A DNA stretch of 64,000 bases, taken from assembly GCA_963727485.1 (NCBI GenBank), contig CAVSGM010000011.1, positions 672,001-736,000 on the forward strand, written 5' to 3'. Below the pieces are notes generated by a model, which saw nothing but the letters and a program-made list of their open reading frames with translations, did not search any database and was not told the DNA's origin. Positions 63,528 through 64,000 of the stretch are shown here, one piece after another (positions within the stretch are counted from its first letter, which is position 1; each line of letters starts with the position of its first letter). Origin of the DNA: an uncultured delta proteobacterium (GTDB lineage: Bacteria > Myxococcota > Myxococcia > SLRQ01). Position numbers and translations under genes: made by a program.

Positions 63528-63653
63528 GATCTCGAGTGCCAAGGCAGGGTGGAGGTCGTCGCGGTGACCATGGAGGCTGCGGTGGTCCGCCGCATCCCCG
63601 ATCACCTGGGCTTGCCCACGGCGCCGCGCCGACGAGGCCTGGCCCGCGCGACC
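63528..63653 (+). mobile_element. Short remnant resembling the C-terminus of IS91/ISCR-type transposases
   Basis: Translates DLECQGRVEVVAVTMEAAVVRRIPDHLGLPTAPRRRGLARA. Confidence 0.5.
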
Positions 63654-63654
63654 G

Positions 63655-64000
63655 CTAATCGGGCCCCATCGCCGGATCGCGCCGCGGCGCGCCCATGCCC
63701 ACCGTGCGGTACAGCGGCCAGCACAGCTCCTGCCAGAGGGTGCGCACGCCCACCGGCTCCACGCCGATGGGCGCGTCGCCCTTGTGCTTGCGGAAGGTGC
63801 CGAAGAGGCGGTCCCAGATGACCGTGTGGCAGCCGTAGTTGGAGCGGCTCTCCTCGAACGCCGAGCTGTGATGCACGAAGTGGAACTGCGGCAGGTTGAT
63901 GAACCAGCCCAGCCCGGACTCCGCCACGTCGATGTTGGCGTGGGAGAGCACGCCGAGCACGCAGCCGAAGTAGGTGGCCGCGAGGATCTCGCCCGGGCCG
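63655..64000 (-). CDS. Sterol desaturase / fatty acid hydroxylase family protein (3' part; start is beyond the window)
   Basis: HAN, HFVHH, NYG, WDRLFGT. Confidence 0.88.
   Translation of the reverse strand, partial: GPGEILAATYFGCVLGVLSHANIDVAESGLGWFINLPQFHFVHHSSAFEESRSNYGCHTVIWDRLFGTFRKHKGDAPIGVEPVGVRTLWQELCWPLYRTVGMGAPRRDPAMGPD

Overview
A very GC-rich window whose gene content points to Myxococcota (inferred from Tad/FHA, MshEN, tandem PilZ, MrtC-like CPBP protease and DAG-repeat lipoproteins). About a dozen genes are split by single-base indels, densest in the first 4 kb, most likely uncorrected assembly errors. In order: an Opp/Dpp peptide ABC operon with two stand-alone MshEN proteins embedded in it; an ECF sigma/anti-sigma pair; a partial Tad cluster (cpaB-tadB-tadC-FHA) resembling part of the myxobacterial Kil predation system; a GT2 glycosyltransferase; a catalytically dead M1-aminopeptidase homolog; a ~4.9 kb lower-GC island with a disrupted secreted metzincin and two lipoproteins; Na/Pi cotransporter, ftsY, a barrel-less secretin N-domain protein and smc; MATE, a DEDDh nuclease, a sigma54 regulator and paired antiporters; hydantoinase/oxoprolinase A and B genes separated by an ECF/HMA cassette; and a CHASE2 adenylate cyclase-SH3-M48 protease operon. 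The best candidate for an undescribed system is that last operon: the cyclase's CHASE2 sensor appears to carry an inserted SPOR-like (peptidoglycan-binding) domain, suggesting cell-wall-sensing cAMP signalling. No rRNA, tRNA or CRISPR array was seen. All domain calls come from reading motifs by eye, not from database searches.
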